From positions 2,039-66,038 of IMG/VR virus record IMGVR_UViG_3300045741_000104: a DNA stretch of 64,000 nucleotides. One strand, 5' to 3'. Source of the stretch: a virus. Taxonomy: Duplodnaviria; Caudoviricetes. The notes below the pieces were generated by a model. The model made no database searches, had not been told where the DNA came from, and saw only the letters and a program-made list of their open reading frames with translations. Positions 15,606 to 25,226 of the stretch are shown here, piece after piece. The position numbers were made by a program, and so were the translations under genes. How positions within the stretch are numbered: the stretch's first letter is position 1; every line of letters starts with the position of its first letter.

Positions 15606-18023
15606 ATGGCTGCGCCCAACATCCTGCCGTATACGCCGCCGCCGACCGTCCGCGACTTCATCAAGGACTTCATCCCCGGCCGCTTGTTTTATGACTGGAT
15701 CGTCGGCCCCTATGGTCCAGTCTCAGCTGATACGGAGTTCCTGACCCCGTCCGGCTGGAAGCGCATAGACGCTTACACGCCGGGCGACCTCATCGCCCAG
15801 TGGGAGCCGGCGTCTGATAATGACCCTGCCGGCGGCGCGCTGCGCTTCGTCGCGCCGCAGGACTACATCGTCACGCCGGCCGAAACGCTACTTCACTTCA
15901 GCAACAAGCACTCAATGTCGATGGTGCTGTCGCCATGCCATCGGCTGGTCTATTACGATCACTTGGGGCGGCTACAAGAGCGCCCCGCGGGGGTTGCGGC
16001 GCAGATGCGCGGCAAGCGCACCATCCCTACAGCCTTCTGTCCGACTGAACGGCCCGGCACAGGATGGTCAGATGCGGTCTTGCGCTTGGCGGTCGCGATC
16101 AACGCCGATGGCTACTTCCCGGCGACGTCTCCCGGCTCGACTGCCCGCGCTGATCGCTGCCACATCGTCGTGCGCCGCGACCGTAAGAAACAGCGGTTGC
16201 GTGAGTTGTTGCGCGCTGCCGGCGTCGAGTGGCAAGAACATGTGTGGGAGGGACGACCGACAGAGACCAGCTTTAGTTTCGTTTCGCCTTATGTCGGCAA
16301 GACGTTCGCCGGCAAGTGGTGGGACGCCACGACGTTAGAGCTCGAAGCCGTGCTGGACGAGGCGCTGTACTGGGACGGATGGACTGGTGGCAAGGGGGGT
16401 AAGGAGCGCCGGTTCGGCACGACCAGCAAGCCCTGCGCAGACTTTATCCAATACGCAGCGCACGCTACTGGAGGTCGCGCAACGATCGGCACATATACCG
16501 ACCCTCGCAACGCCGACTGGCGGCCGTTTTATTATGTGCAGATTGCCAGCAAGACATCCTACAAGCGCGCAGTGAACCTCAGCAAGGCGACACAGATCGT
16601 TACAGTGCCGGCGGAGGGCGGGAAGCAATACTGCTTCAGAACAGCCTCGTCTTACTTCGTCGCACGCCACAACGGGCGGATTTTTGTCACAGGTAACTCG
16701 GGAAAGACGACGGGCCTCTTTTTCAAACTGGCCTACCTCGCGGCGCTGCAAGCGCCGGGTCGCGACGGTATAAGACGCTCCCGCGCAGTGGTGGTGCGAA
16801 ACACCGCTCCGATGTTGAGGGATACGACCCTCGTCTCGTGGAATTACTGGTTTCGTGACGGCGAAGCAGGCAAGTGGCTGGCCACCGACAAGACCTTCGT
16901 CCTGCGCTACGGGGATGTCGAGTGTGAAGTTCTGTTCCGCCCTTTGGACACGCCTGACGACGTTCGCCGCGTTCTCTCTTTGGAAGTGACCTTCGCCCTG
17001 CTCGACGAGTTCGTGGAAATCCCGCGCGAGATCGTGCAGGCGCTCTCGGGCCGTGTCGGCCGTTACCCGGCCAAGAAGGACGGTGGCGCGACGAATTACG
17101 GTATGTGGGGTGCGAGCAACCCCGGCACCGAGGATGTCTGGTGGTATGACATGCTGCACACGCAGCTCCCCGGCAACGCCAAGTATTTCCACCAGCCGAG
17201 CGGGACCAGTCCCAATGCCGAGAACCTCGAAAACCTGCCTGCCAACTATTACAAGGACCTCGCGGAAGGAAAGACGCCCGACTGGATCAAGCAGTTCATC
17301 GATGCTGAATGGGGCTACTCTATCAGTGGAAAGCCTGTCGTTCCCTCCTTCAAGCCCGATCTCCACATTGCCAAAGCCCGCCTGCTCTATAACCCCCAGC
17401 TACCGCTGGTGTTCGGCTTTGACCCCGGTTTCGCGGGAATGGCTGCGATCTTCGGCCAGCAGGACCTGCACGGACGGCTCCTCGTCCTCGGGGAAGTGAT
17501 CGCGCAAAATATCAGCGCCGAACGCTTCATCACCGAGAAACTGCGGCCCTACCACAAGGCGCTCTTTCCCGACGCCAACATCATCTGTGAGCCGGACCCG
17601 GCGGCGGCGAACCGCGCCCAGACCGACGCGAAGTCGGTCGTGGACATCATCAAGCGTTATTACCCGGCCAAGCCGGAGACCAATAACCGGCTTCCCCTGC
17701 GCCTCGACGCCATCGACTATTTCACCGGCAAACTCACCGACATGGGGCCGGCGCTCCAGATCGACGCCAAGCAGTGTCCGACGCTGATCCGCGCCCTCAA
17801 GGGCGGCTGGCGCTGGGAGGTGGATCAGAAGCGGGGGTCGGTCATCAAGGGCGAGGTTCCTGAGAAGAACCCCTACAGCCATCCCGGTGATGCCTTTGGT
17901 TACTTATGTCGACATTACCAAAGAGGGGCGGAAAAGGATTATAGATACAGCCAAGCGAACGGCGGGAAGGGGTTCAGGCCCCAGCAGCCCACGTTCGGCG
18001 TGGGCAGCTACCACTATCGATAG
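15606..18023 (+). CDS. terL: Terminase large subunit, intein-containing
   Basis: Walker A GPYG/SGKT split by the intein, VVRNT, Walker B ALLDE, ASNP, nuclease FGFDPG and HPGDAFGY. Confidence 0.95.
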   Translation: MAAPNILPYTPPPTVRDFIKDFIPGRLFYDWIVGPYGPVSADTEFLTPSGWKRIDAYTPGDLIAQWEPASDNDPAGGALRFVAPQDYIVTPAETLLHFSNKHSMSMVLSPCHRLVYYDHLGRLQERPAGVAAQMRGKRTIPTAFCPTERPGTGWSDAVLRLAVAINADGYFPATSPGSTARADRCHIVVRRDRKKQRLRELLRAAGVEWQEHVWEGRPTETSFSFVSPYVGKTFAGKWWDATTLELEAVLDEALYWDGWTGGKGGKERRFGTTSKPCADFIQYAAHATGGRATIGTYTDPRNADWRPFYYVQIASKTSYKRAVNLSKATQIVTVPAEGGKQYCFRTASSYFVARHNGRIFVTGNSGKTTGLFFKLAYLAALQAPGRDGIRRSRAVVVRNTAPMLRDTTLVSWNYWFRDGEAGKWLATDKTFVLRYGDVECEVLFRPLDTPDDVRRVLSLEVTFALLDEFVEIPREIVQALSGRVGRYPAKKDGGATNYGMWGASNPGTEDVWWYDMLHTQLPGNAKYFHQPSGTSPNAENLENLPANYYKDLAEGKTPDWIKQFIDAEWGYSISGKPVVPSFKPDLHIAKARLLYNPQLPLVFGFDPGFAGMAAIFGQQDLHGRLLVLGEVIAQNISAERFITEKLRPYHKALFPDANIICEPDPAAANRAQTDAKSVVDIIKRYYPAKPETNNRLPLRLDAIDYFTGKLTDMGPALQIDAKQCPTLIRALKGGWRWEVDQKRGSVIKGEVPEKNPYSHPGDAFGYLCRHYQRGAEKDYRYSQANGGKGFRPQQPTFGVGSYHYR
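15717..16697 (+). mobile_element. Intein (327 aa) with LAGLIDADG-type endonuclease in the TerL Walker A motif; N-terminal Pro
   Basis: PVSADTEFLTPSGWKRID; SPCHRL; LAVAINADG and LYWDG; YCFRTASSYFVARHNGRIFVTGN followed by Ser+1. Confidence 0.9.
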
Positions 18024-18035
18024 GGACGGAGCACT

Positions 18036-20240
18036 ATGGTCGACACTCGCTATCCTGCGCTGGCGCAGATCGAATTTCCGCCGCCCGACGTTATCGTCAA
18101 CGACGACCCCGGCGAGCCGGTCCCGACGAAGGTCATCAAGTCGGAAGAACTGGCCCAGATCGGCAACCATCTCGACCGGCTGTTCACCCAGTTTGTCTCG
18201 GATCGGCGCATTCTGGAGCTGAAGTGGCTGCGCAATCTGCGCCAGTATCTCGGCCAGCACGATCCTGAGATGGAGCGCAGTATCGGACCCAACCGGTCCA
18301 AGGCGTATCCGCGGATCACCCGCGTCAAGGCGGTGACGCTGCTCTCCCACATCATGAATTTAATGTTTCCCGGCAATGAACGTAACTGGGAACTGAAGGC
18401 AAGCCCCTCGCCGGACCTCGATCCGCAGGACATCATGCAGGCGATCCAAGGCATGATGGAGAAAAACGCCGAGGCCGGCGTCGATAGCCCGCCCGATGAG
18501 GAGATGCTGGAAGCCGCCATCAAGCAGATGGCCGAGGAGCGGGCCGAGGACCTCTCGGAGCTGATCGACGACCAGTTGCAGGAGATCGGCGGGGATCAGA
18601 CCCTCGACATCATCAATCTGACCCGAAAAGTGCTGTTTTCCGGCATTTTATACGGTCTGGGCGTCCTTGAGGGCCCCTTCCCGCGTCCGACGACGGTCAC
18701 GCAATGGGACAAGGACCCCTATTCGGGCTTCCCGATGCCGACCCTGATCGACGCTTTTAAGCCGACTTACGAATTCACGACGATCTGGGACTTCTACCCC
18801 GACCTGACCGCCAAGACTTTGCGCGGCATGGACCGCTATTTCACCCGCAAGGTGATGGGCCGGTCACAGGTCAAGGCGCTCAAGAAGCGCCCCGGCTTCT
18901 TCTCCGAGCAGATCGACCTCTATTTGAAGCAGAACAACGTCGGCAACTATAAGGCGCAGCCGTTCGAGCAGGACCTGCGCATGATGGGCGTCAAGGTCAA
19001 CGTCAACGAACAGAAGCCCGAGGCCGACAAGTATGAAGTGATCATCTGGCACGGCCCGCTGTCGGCTAAAATGCTCGAACTGGCCGGCGTGGATATCCCC
19101 GACGAGCTGAAGGGCGAGGACATCGAGGCGGAGGTCTGGATGCTGGGCGGGCGCGTCATCAAGGCCGACATGAACGAGTGGCGCAAGCTCGGCGTTGAGA
19201 ACATGCGCATCTACCACTACTTCCTGTTCGACGAGGACGACACGAGCCCCATCGGCAACGGTCTGCCCAACAACATGCGCGACAGCCAGATGTCGATCAC
19301 CGCGTCCGTTCGGATGCTGCTCGACAACGCGTCGGTCGTTTGCGGACCCAATCTGGAGCTGAACACTGACTTGCTGCGCCTCGATCAGGACCTCGCGGCC
19401 ATCGCGGCTTATAAGTTCTGGTATCGCGAAGGCACCGGGCCGGACGCTGCGCAGCCGGCGGTGCGCAACATCCAGATCGACAGCCACATCGATGAGCTGA
19501 TGAAGGTCGTGGACCTGTTCATGAAGTTCGCCGATCTGGAAACCTTCATCGGGTCGGACCCCGGCTCGAACATGAACAAGATGCCGTCCGAGCCGTTCCG
19601 CACGGCAGCCGGCGCATCGATGCTGCGGGGGCAGGAGCAGCTTCCCTTCAAGGACATCATCCGCTCCTTCGACAGCTTTACCCAGAGCGTGATCCAAGCC
19701 CTCGTCACGTTCAATAAGAAGTTCAACCCCGACCTGACCCCCAAGGGCGACTTTAACGTGATCGCGCTCGGTGCGACCAGCCTGATCGCCAAGGAGCTGC
19801 GTGGGCAGTATGCCGACCAGTTGGCGCAGTCGCTGACGCCGGCCGAGGCCGTGCACGTCGATGAGCGCAAGATGATCGAGACGCGCTTCAAGGTCCGCGA
19901 CATGGGCGACTGCCTGATCTCCAGCGAGGAGGCGAAGCGTCGTCAGGCGGCGCAGGCGCAGGAGAGCCAAGAGCAGCGCGAGATGCAGACCGAGATGCTG
20001 CGGGCGCAGATCAGGACCGAACTGGCCTCGGCGATGAAGGAGATCGCTCAGGCCCAGAAAAATCTCGCTAATGCCGACGCGACGAAGATCAACGCCGCGT
20101 TGGATATTTTGGAAGCAGGAGCAGGTGGCGATGCGAACGGAGAAGGAACTGAACCGGCGGAAGGAGCTGATGGAGCTGACGGTTCAGCTTCAGACGGCCA
20201 AGGAGACACCGGAGATCAAGGCCCTCCGTCGTTTTCTTGA
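18036..20240 (+). CDS. Portal protein
   Basis: 734 aa directly after TerL; WDFYPD, GNGLP and TAAGASML motifs plus a C-terminal coiled coil, as in P22/N4-like portals. Confidence 0.85.
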   Translation: MVDTRYPALAQIEFPPPDVIVNDDPGEPVPTKVIKSEELAQIGNHLDRLFTQFVSDRRILELKWLRNLRQYLGQHDPEMERSIGPNRSKAYPRITRVKAVTLLSHIMNLMFPGNERNWELKASPSPDLDPQDIMQAIQGMMEKNAEAGVDSPPDEEMLEAAIKQMAEERAEDLSELIDDQLQEIGGDQTLDIINLTRKVLFSGILYGLGVLEGPFPRPTTVTQWDKDPYSGFPMPTLIDAFKPTYEFTTIWDFYPDLTAKTLRGMDRYFTRKVMGRSQVKALKKRPGFFSEQIDLYLKQNNVGNYKAQPFEQDLRMMGVKVNVNEQKPEADKYEVIIWHGPLSAKMLELAGVDIPDELKGEDIEAEVWMLGGRVIKADMNEWRKLGVENMRIYHYFLFDEDDTSPIGNGLPNNMRDSQMSITASVRMLLDNASVVCGPNLELNTDLLRLDQDLAAIAAYKFWYREGTGPDAAQPAVRNIQIDSHIDELMKVVDLFMKFADLETFIGSDPGSNMNKMPSEPFRTAAGASMLRGQEQLPFKDIIRSFDSFTQSVIQALVTFNKKFNPDLTPKGDFNVIALGATSLIAKELRGQYADQLAQSLTPAEAVHVDERKMIETRFKVRDMGDCLISSEEAKRRQAAQAQESQEQREMQTEMLRAQIRTELASAMKEIAQAQKNLANADATKINAALDILEAGAGGDANGEGTEPAEGADGADGSASDGQGDTGDQGPPSFS

Positions 20241-20394
20241 ACTCACCTACGAGCAGATGTGTGAGGACTTGGTGATGGACGGCCCGCCCAATCACCACAT
20301 GCGCCTACAGGGCAAGGCGGAAATGATGCAGCAGCTCGACAAAATGTTCGACCGGCCGCTCGCCCCCGCCCAGATGCAGAAAAAGGAAGCCTAA
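20131..20394 (+). CDS. Small helical protein overlapping the portal 3' end
   Basis: AGGAG/AGGTG upstream of the ATG at 20131; RLQGKA motif common in genes following podovirus portals. Confidence 0.6.
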   Translation: MRTEKELNRRKELMELTVQLQTAKETPEIKALRRFLELTYEQMCEDLVMDGPPNHHMRLQGKAEMMQQLDKMFDRPLAPAQMQKKEA

Positions 20395-20397
20395 GAT

Positions 20398-21390
20398 ATG
20401 ACCGACGAAACCCTCGAACAGACCGTCGCCCCGGCCGAGACGCCGGCCCCGGCCCCGGCCGAACAGAGCGCTGAAGACATCTTCAGCGCGGCCTTTTCCC
20501 AGTTCGCTTCTCCCGGTGAGAAGCCCGCAGAAACCGCCTCGACCCCCGAACCCGTTGTGCAGGAAGCTCCGCCGGCTGATGCAGCGGAGGAGGTCGAGGC
20601 GGCTCCTGAGACGCCCGCCGAGGAAGTGGGTGAACCGGTTCGCACCACAAACGAGCCCGCGCCGCCGGCGCAGGAGCCTCCTCGCTTCACGGCCGACGAG
20701 TGGGCGCGCTTCATGGCCGCACAACAGCAGGCCAACTATGCCCAGCAACCCGCTCCTGCGCCCCAGCAGCCTGAGCCGCGCCAAGTCTTGTCGAAAGAGG
20801 AGGTCGAAGCTGTTCAGGAATTTCGTAAAGAATGGCCCGATGTCGCCAAGGCCATGGACATTCAGCAAAAAGCCTTCGCCGACAACCTGCTGAACTACGT
20901 CTTCAACCAGTTTGCCGAGGTCATTACGCCCGTCGTGCAGCAGGTCGAGGCGGTCGCCGACCGCAGCCATGTCATGGATATTTACGATTATATCCCTGAC
21001 TACGATCAGGTCCGCGAGCCGGTGATCAACTGGGTTGGCAAGCTGCCGCAGAGCGCCTTCCGCAACTATGCGGTCAGCGTCGTGCGCGATGGCGACCCCA
21101 GCGACATCCAGCAGTTGGTCGATCAGTGGCGCGTGTTCAACGGCGTCCCGGCTCCGCAGCCGGCGGCTCCGGTGCAGCGCAGCTTCGCCGCGCCCGCGCC
21201 GGCGCGTCCGACCATCCAGCGTAAGGCGGCTGACCCGGCTATCGCCCGCGCAGCGGCGGCGATGGCTCCCGTCAAAAGCCAGCGCACGGCGGTCGTGCAG
21301 GGCGACGACCCCAACGACTTCGACGGGGCGTTCGAGCGGGAGGCCGCTCGCGCGGCAGCCGAGCGCGAGCGTCTGAACGTCCGGCACTAG
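20398..21390 (+). CDS. Putative capsid scaffolding protein
   Basis: Acidic Pro/Ala-rich N-terminus and helical core, located between portal and capsid. Confidence 0.7.
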   Translation: MTDETLEQTVAPAETPAPAPAEQSAEDIFSAAFSQFASPGEKPAETASTPEPVVQEAPPADAAEEVEAAPETPAEEVGEPVRTTNEPAPPAQEPPRFTADEWARFMAAQQQANYAQQPAPAPQQPEPRQVLSKEEVEAVQEFRKEWPDVAKAMDIQQKAFADNLLNYVFNQFAEVITPVVQQVEAVADRSHVMDIYDYIPDYDQVREPVINWVGKLPQSAFRNYAVSVVRDGDPSDIQQLVDQWRVFNGVPAPQPAAPVQRSFAAPAPARPTIQRKAADPAIARAAAAMAPVKSQRTAVVQGDDPNDFDGAFEREAARAAAERERLNVRH

Positions 21391-21397
21391 GAGTTAA

Positions 21398-21450
21398 AAA
21401 TGGCCCCCTAACCGGGGCCATTTACATTTTAAGTAAAATGCGAGAATAAT
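21398..21450 (+). promoter_or_regulatory. Terminator-like hairpin plus a putative capsid promoter with an inverted repeat
   Basis: aaatggcccc-taacc-ggggccattt, then TTTACA-18 nt-AATAAT containing CATTTT-aagt-AAAATG. Confidence 0.45.
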
Positions 21451-21553
21451 CTCGCCATTGGAAAGTCCGATCTGCCCAGCGCGTCCAAACAAGCGGACCA
21501 GCGATTTCGGCCCAGTCGGCTTCTGAACCGGAAATCCGATCAGGAGCTAACAG

Positions 21554-22600
21554 ATGCAAATCACCAACTATGGCGACATCTCGCCTGCCGTAGCCGCTTG
21601 GTCCGTCGTTCGTATGCTCGAACGCGCCATGCCCTACCTGCACTATGAAAAGTTCGGCCAGACCTATCCGCTGCCGACGAACAGCACTCAGACGGCTAAA
21701 TTCCGCCGTTACTTCCTCAGCGGCGCAACCGGTTCCGCCGGTCTGTCGCAGGCGAACTCGAACTACTACGTCCCGCTGGCCACCACTCCGCTGGTGGAAG
21801 GCGTTACGCCGGCTGGTTCGCGCCTCGCCAATCAGGACTATACCGTCACCCTCGCGCAGTATGGCGATTTCATCACCATCACTGACGTTGTGGACGCGAC
21901 CCATCCTGACGACATCCTGAAGTCGGCCACCGACACGCTTGGCGAGCAGGCGGCTCTGACCGTCGAGACGCTGCGCTTCAACGTCCTGAAGGCCGGCACC
22001 AACGTCTTCTACGCCAACAAGGTGGCCGACCGTGCGCATGTCGCGTCGGCGATCACTCGTGAGGACCAGCGCCGCATCACCACGGCCCTGAACCGCCAGA
22101 ACGCGAAGAAGATCACCCAGATCGTCGCCAGCTCCGCGGACTTCAACACGAAGAACGTCGAAGCCAGCTATGTGGCCATCTGCCACCCCGATCTGGAAAC
22201 CACCCTCCGCGACATGACGGGCTTTATCACCGTCGCCAACTACGGCCCCCACACTTCGCCTTACGAGGGTGAGATCGGTTCGTGCGAGCAGGTTCGCTAC
22301 CTGACCTCGACCGTGAACACTCCTTGGGCGGATGCGGCGACCAACACGGCGGTCGGTTCGTGGCGCTCGACGGGCAACGTCGCCCCCGACGTTTACCCGA
22401 TCATCTTCCTCGCTCGCGACGCCTATGGCATCGTGCCGCTGAAGGGTAAGTCGGCGATGACGCCTCTGGTCGTCAACCCGAAGCCGGCCCCCGGCGATCC
22501 TTTGGGACAACGCGGAACTGTGGGTTGGAAGCTGTGGACCTCCACGGTCATCCTTCAGGAGCTGTATATGGCCCGTTTGGAAGTTCTGTGCCCGGCTTGA
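21554..22600 (+). CDS. Major capsid protein, N4-gp56 family
   Basis: EGVTP, QYGDF, YVAICHPD, GEIGS and DPLGQRGTVGWK; AGGAG RBS. Confidence 0.9.
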   Translation: MQITNYGDISPAVAAWSVVRMLERAMPYLHYEKFGQTYPLPTNSTQTAKFRRYFLSGATGSAGLSQANSNYYVPLATTPLVEGVTPAGSRLANQDYTVTLAQYGDFITITDVVDATHPDDILKSATDTLGEQAALTVETLRFNVLKAGTNVFYANKVADRAHVASAITREDQRRITTALNRQNAKKITQIVASSADFNTKNVEASYVAICHPDLETTLRDMTGFITVANYGPHTSPYEGEIGSCEQVRYLTSTVNTPWADAATNTAVGSWRSTGNVAPDVYPIIFLARDAYGIVPLKGKSAMTPLVVNPKPAPGDPLGQRGTVGWKLWTSTVILQELYMARLEVLCPA

Positions 22601-22650
22601 CGGGTCCCATGAACTGGAAGTAAGGTCTCCCGTCTAACCACGGGAGACCT
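22597..22650 (+). promoter_or_regulatory. RBS-sequestering hairpin with an overlapping putative promoter
   Basis: Perfect 11-bp stem aggtctcccgt/acgggagacct (22623-22650) contains the GGGAG RBS. TTGACG-18 nt-TAAGGT lies at 22597-22626. Confidence 0.65.
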
Positions 22651-22653
22651 AAT

Positions 22654-23145
22654 ATGGACGCAGACTTGGTGAGGGCCTTACTTGATTACGATCCTGAGAC
22701 AGGACTTTTTCGATGGCGACAGAATATTTCCCGCCATCGAGCAGGCGCTGTCGCCGGCTCGCAAAGCACAAAAGGCTACATGGAGGTTCGTTACAAAGGT
22801 AAGTTTTATCTTGCTCACCGGCTCGCGTTTCTCTGGATGACAGGGCGTTGGCCGAACCCGATGGTGGACCATATCAACGGGGACGGGGCAGATAATCGGT
22901 GGTGCAACCTTCGGGAAGCTTCGGCAACCCAGAACGCGGCGAACCGTAAACTTGCTGTGACGAACAAGCTGGGCATGAAAGGGGTGATCGCGAAGGAGCG
23001 GGGTGGTGTCGTCAAGTATGAGGCGCTAATCAAAATTGACGGCAAACAAAAACACCTCGGCCGGTTCAACACCCCCCAAGAAGCACATGCTGCCTACATC
23101 AAAGCTGCGGAACAGGTTCACGGCGATTTCGCCAAGGCGAAGTAA
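22654..23145 (+). CDS. Free-standing HNH homing endonuclease with an AP2-like C-terminus
   Basis: YDPETGLFRW, AHRLAF, DHINGDGADNRWCNLR and HLGRFNTPQEAHAAY. Confidence 0.92.
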   Translation: MDADLVRALLDYDPETGLFRWRQNISRHRAGAVAGSQSTKGYMEVRYKGKFYLAHRLAFLWMTGRWPNPMVDHINGDGADNRWCNLREASATQNAANRKLAVTNKLGMKGVIAKERGGVVKYEALIKIDGKQKHLGRFNTPQEAHAAYIKAAEQVHGDFAKAK

Positions 23146-23157
23146 GGAGCTACCAAA

Positions 23158-23556
23158 ATGACCACCAAAGTAATCGATGGCGCTTTCACCGGCGCTTCCT
23201 TCCCGGCGACCTATGTCGGTCCCGGCACGCTCGTCGGCAACATCGTGAGCGACGGCGGCGTCCGTCAGCGCACGACCGGCAAGTTCTCCTCGACCGGCGA
23301 CGATGTCCGCATCATGCTCGGCTACCAGCCGCGCTCGATTGAGATCGTCAACGAAACGGACGTTATCGTCTGGAAGAAGACGTCCAATCTGGCGGCAGCC
23401 AACACTCTCAAGCTGAACGGCACCGGCCCGGCGTTTACGCTGGACACCGCGTCGCTGATCACGTTTGAGGATGGCGGGGCGGGCAACTTCAATGTCCTGA
23501 TCTCCGCGACCCTGCTCGGCACCAGCAAGGCGATCTCCTTCGAAATCGGAGGCTAA
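23158..23556 (+). CDS. Putative virion (head decoration) protein
   Basis: AAGGAG RBS, beta-rich, strong codon bias, follows the capsid gene. Confidence 0.55.
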   Translation: MTTKVIDGAFTGASFPATYVGPGTLVGNIVSDGGVRQRTTGKFSSTGDDVRIMLGYQPRSIEIVNETDVIVWKKTSNLAAANTLKLNGTGPAFTLDTASLITFEDGGAGNFNVLISATLLGTSKAISFEIGG

Positions 23557-23560
23557 TCCC

Positions 23561-23956
23561 ATGGCCCAGCAGACCCTCGACCAGAACAACAACGAGCAGT
23601 GGTCTACCTTCGTCAAGAAGCTGACCGACATGCTGACCGAGTTGTACGGTCATACGGACGCGGCAAACGGCGTTGCTATCGCCGCCCTTCAGGCGGCGTA
23701 TGCTTCCGGCGAAGCGACCTCTGGTGCGCTGACCACGGCGGCTGGCGCGACGGCGTCCCTGACCATCACCGACGCGAAGATCGCGGCGACCAGCAAGGTG
23801 TTCGTTTCCATCAAGAACGGCACCAATGCGCAGGGCGTCCCGGTCGTGTCGGAGGTCACTCCCGGTGCGGGCTCGGCGACGGTGGTTGTGCAGAACATCC
23901 ACGCGTCGGCGGCGCTCAACGGCACGTTGAAGCTGGAATACTTCATCGTCGTCTAA
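23561..23956 (+). CDS. Putative virion protein
   Basis: GGAGG RBS; Ala/Thr beta-rich C-terminal domain. Confidence 0.55.
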   Translation: MAQQTLDQNNNEQWSTFVKKLTDMLTELYGHTDAANGVAIAALQAAYASGEATSGALTTAAGATASLTITDAKIAATSKVFVSIKNGTNAQGVPVVSEVTPGAGSATVVVQNIHASAALNGTLKLEYFIVV

Positions 23957-23958
23957 TA

Positions 23959-23983
23959 GGGAGCGGCCTACGGGCCGCTCTCC
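23959..23983 (+). terminator. GC hairpin, probable terminator
   Basis: gagcggcc-tacg-ggccgctc directly after the stop at 23956. Confidence 0.5.
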
Positions 23984-24001
23984 TCACATCAAGAGGTTAC
24001 A

Positions 24002-24433
24002 ATGGAAAATCATGGTGGAGCCGCGTCGAGCGGTGATCGTCCCTCCTTCGCGAAGTCCCGGCCGGCACGACAGAAGAAAGTCGATGCCGAGGCTGTCGAG
24101 GCGGCTGTCGAGCGGCCGAAGCGCGTCCGGCGCACCAAGGCGCAGATCGAGGCCGAGCAGGCGGCTATCCTTGCTACGGCTACGAAGAACGCCCGTGGCG
24201 ACCGCGTCCGCATCATCATCGAGGAAAGCTCGCACATCCCGCCGACCGGGCTGCCCATCGGGCATAACGGCGACCAGATTTACGTCATCCCCGGCGAGAT
24301 CGTCGACATCCCGCGGAAGTTCCTCAGCGTCCTCAACGACGCCGTCGAGAGCATCGCGCAGACCAATCCCGACACTAATCAGGTGACTGTCTACCGCGAT
24401 AAGCGTAAATTTCCATATCGCTTTGTGGACTGA
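24002..24433 (+). CDS. Hypothetical protein
   Basis: GAGG RBS; IPGEIVDIP...VLNDA...FPY pattern seen in head-region phage genes. Confidence 0.65.
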   Translation: MENHGGAASSGDRPSFAKSRPARQKKVDAEAVEAAVERPKRVRRTKAQIEAEQAAILATATKNARGDRVRIIIEESSHIPPTGLPIGHNGDQIYVIPGEIVDIPRKFLSVLNDAVESIAQTNPDTNQVTVYRDKRKFPYRFVD

Positions 24434-24454
24434 TGCCGATGGGAGGTCGTAGAG

Positions 24455-25222
24455 ATGAATTTGCAGCAATGCCTCGACATGCTGAAAAATAACGTGCTTT
24501 ATGACCGAAGTGACCGTGTTGCAGGGACGCCGGACTGGCTTTGGTCTGACGAAACCCTTTGCACTTTCATTAACGAGGCCCAGAGACGGTTCGCCCGCCT
24601 CGGGCTCATTATCCGCGACGGCTCCTCTGATGTGACCAAGGTCACGCTCACGGCAGGCGTCAGCCTCTACCCCCTCGACGCTTCGATCTTGGGCGTCATG
24701 TCGGCGCGTTACCCCGGCGACAACGCCGATCTGGCCCGCGCTGGCCATAGCGCCTTCGACACCTACCGCACGCCGGATGGCCGCTGGTTCGACCCCTCTG
24801 TCATGGAGCAGCGGTCGCCGGGCAAGCCGCTTGCCTTCTCGACCGACGAGATGATCTCGCCGGACGACAATGACAGCGCGTCGGTCGTCACCCTGCGGCT
24901 CTATCCCGTGCCGGCGGCGGATCAGACCGGTAAGGTTCTCCAGCTGCGCGTCGTGCGGCTGCCGCTCGACGACCTGACGATCAACAACATGAACGCGGTG
25001 CCCGAAATCCCGCGCGATCACCACTTGGAAATGCTGGACTGGGCGGCGTATCTTGCGCTCAGGATCGTAGATGTGGACGCTGGTATGCCCAACCGGGCGC
25101 TGGAGTTCAGGGCGTCGTTCGACGATAGCGTTCAAAAAGCCAGAAATAATCTCTTGCGCAAGACCTTCACCCCGGCGCAGTGGTCGTTCGGCAGGGATGC
25201 GTGGAGCTGGGAATGGGGTTGA
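24455..25222 (+). CDS. Putative head-tail adaptor
   Basis: WSDETLCTFINEAQRRF, LRLYPVP and PEIPRDHHLEMLDWAAY. Confidence 0.7.
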   Translation: MNLQQCLDMLKNNVLYDRSDRVAGTPDWLWSDETLCTFINEAQRRFARLGLIIRDGSSDVTKVTLTAGVSLYPLDASILGVMSARYPGDNADLARAGHSAFDTYRTPDGRWFDPSVMEQRSPGKPLAFSTDEMISPDDNDSASVVTLRLYPVPAADQTGKVLQLRVVRLPLDDLTINNMNAVPEIPRDHHLEMLDWAAYLALRIVDVDAGMPNRALEFRASFDDSVQKARNNLLRKTFTPAQWSFGRDAWSWEWG

Positions 25223-25226
25223 GTAA

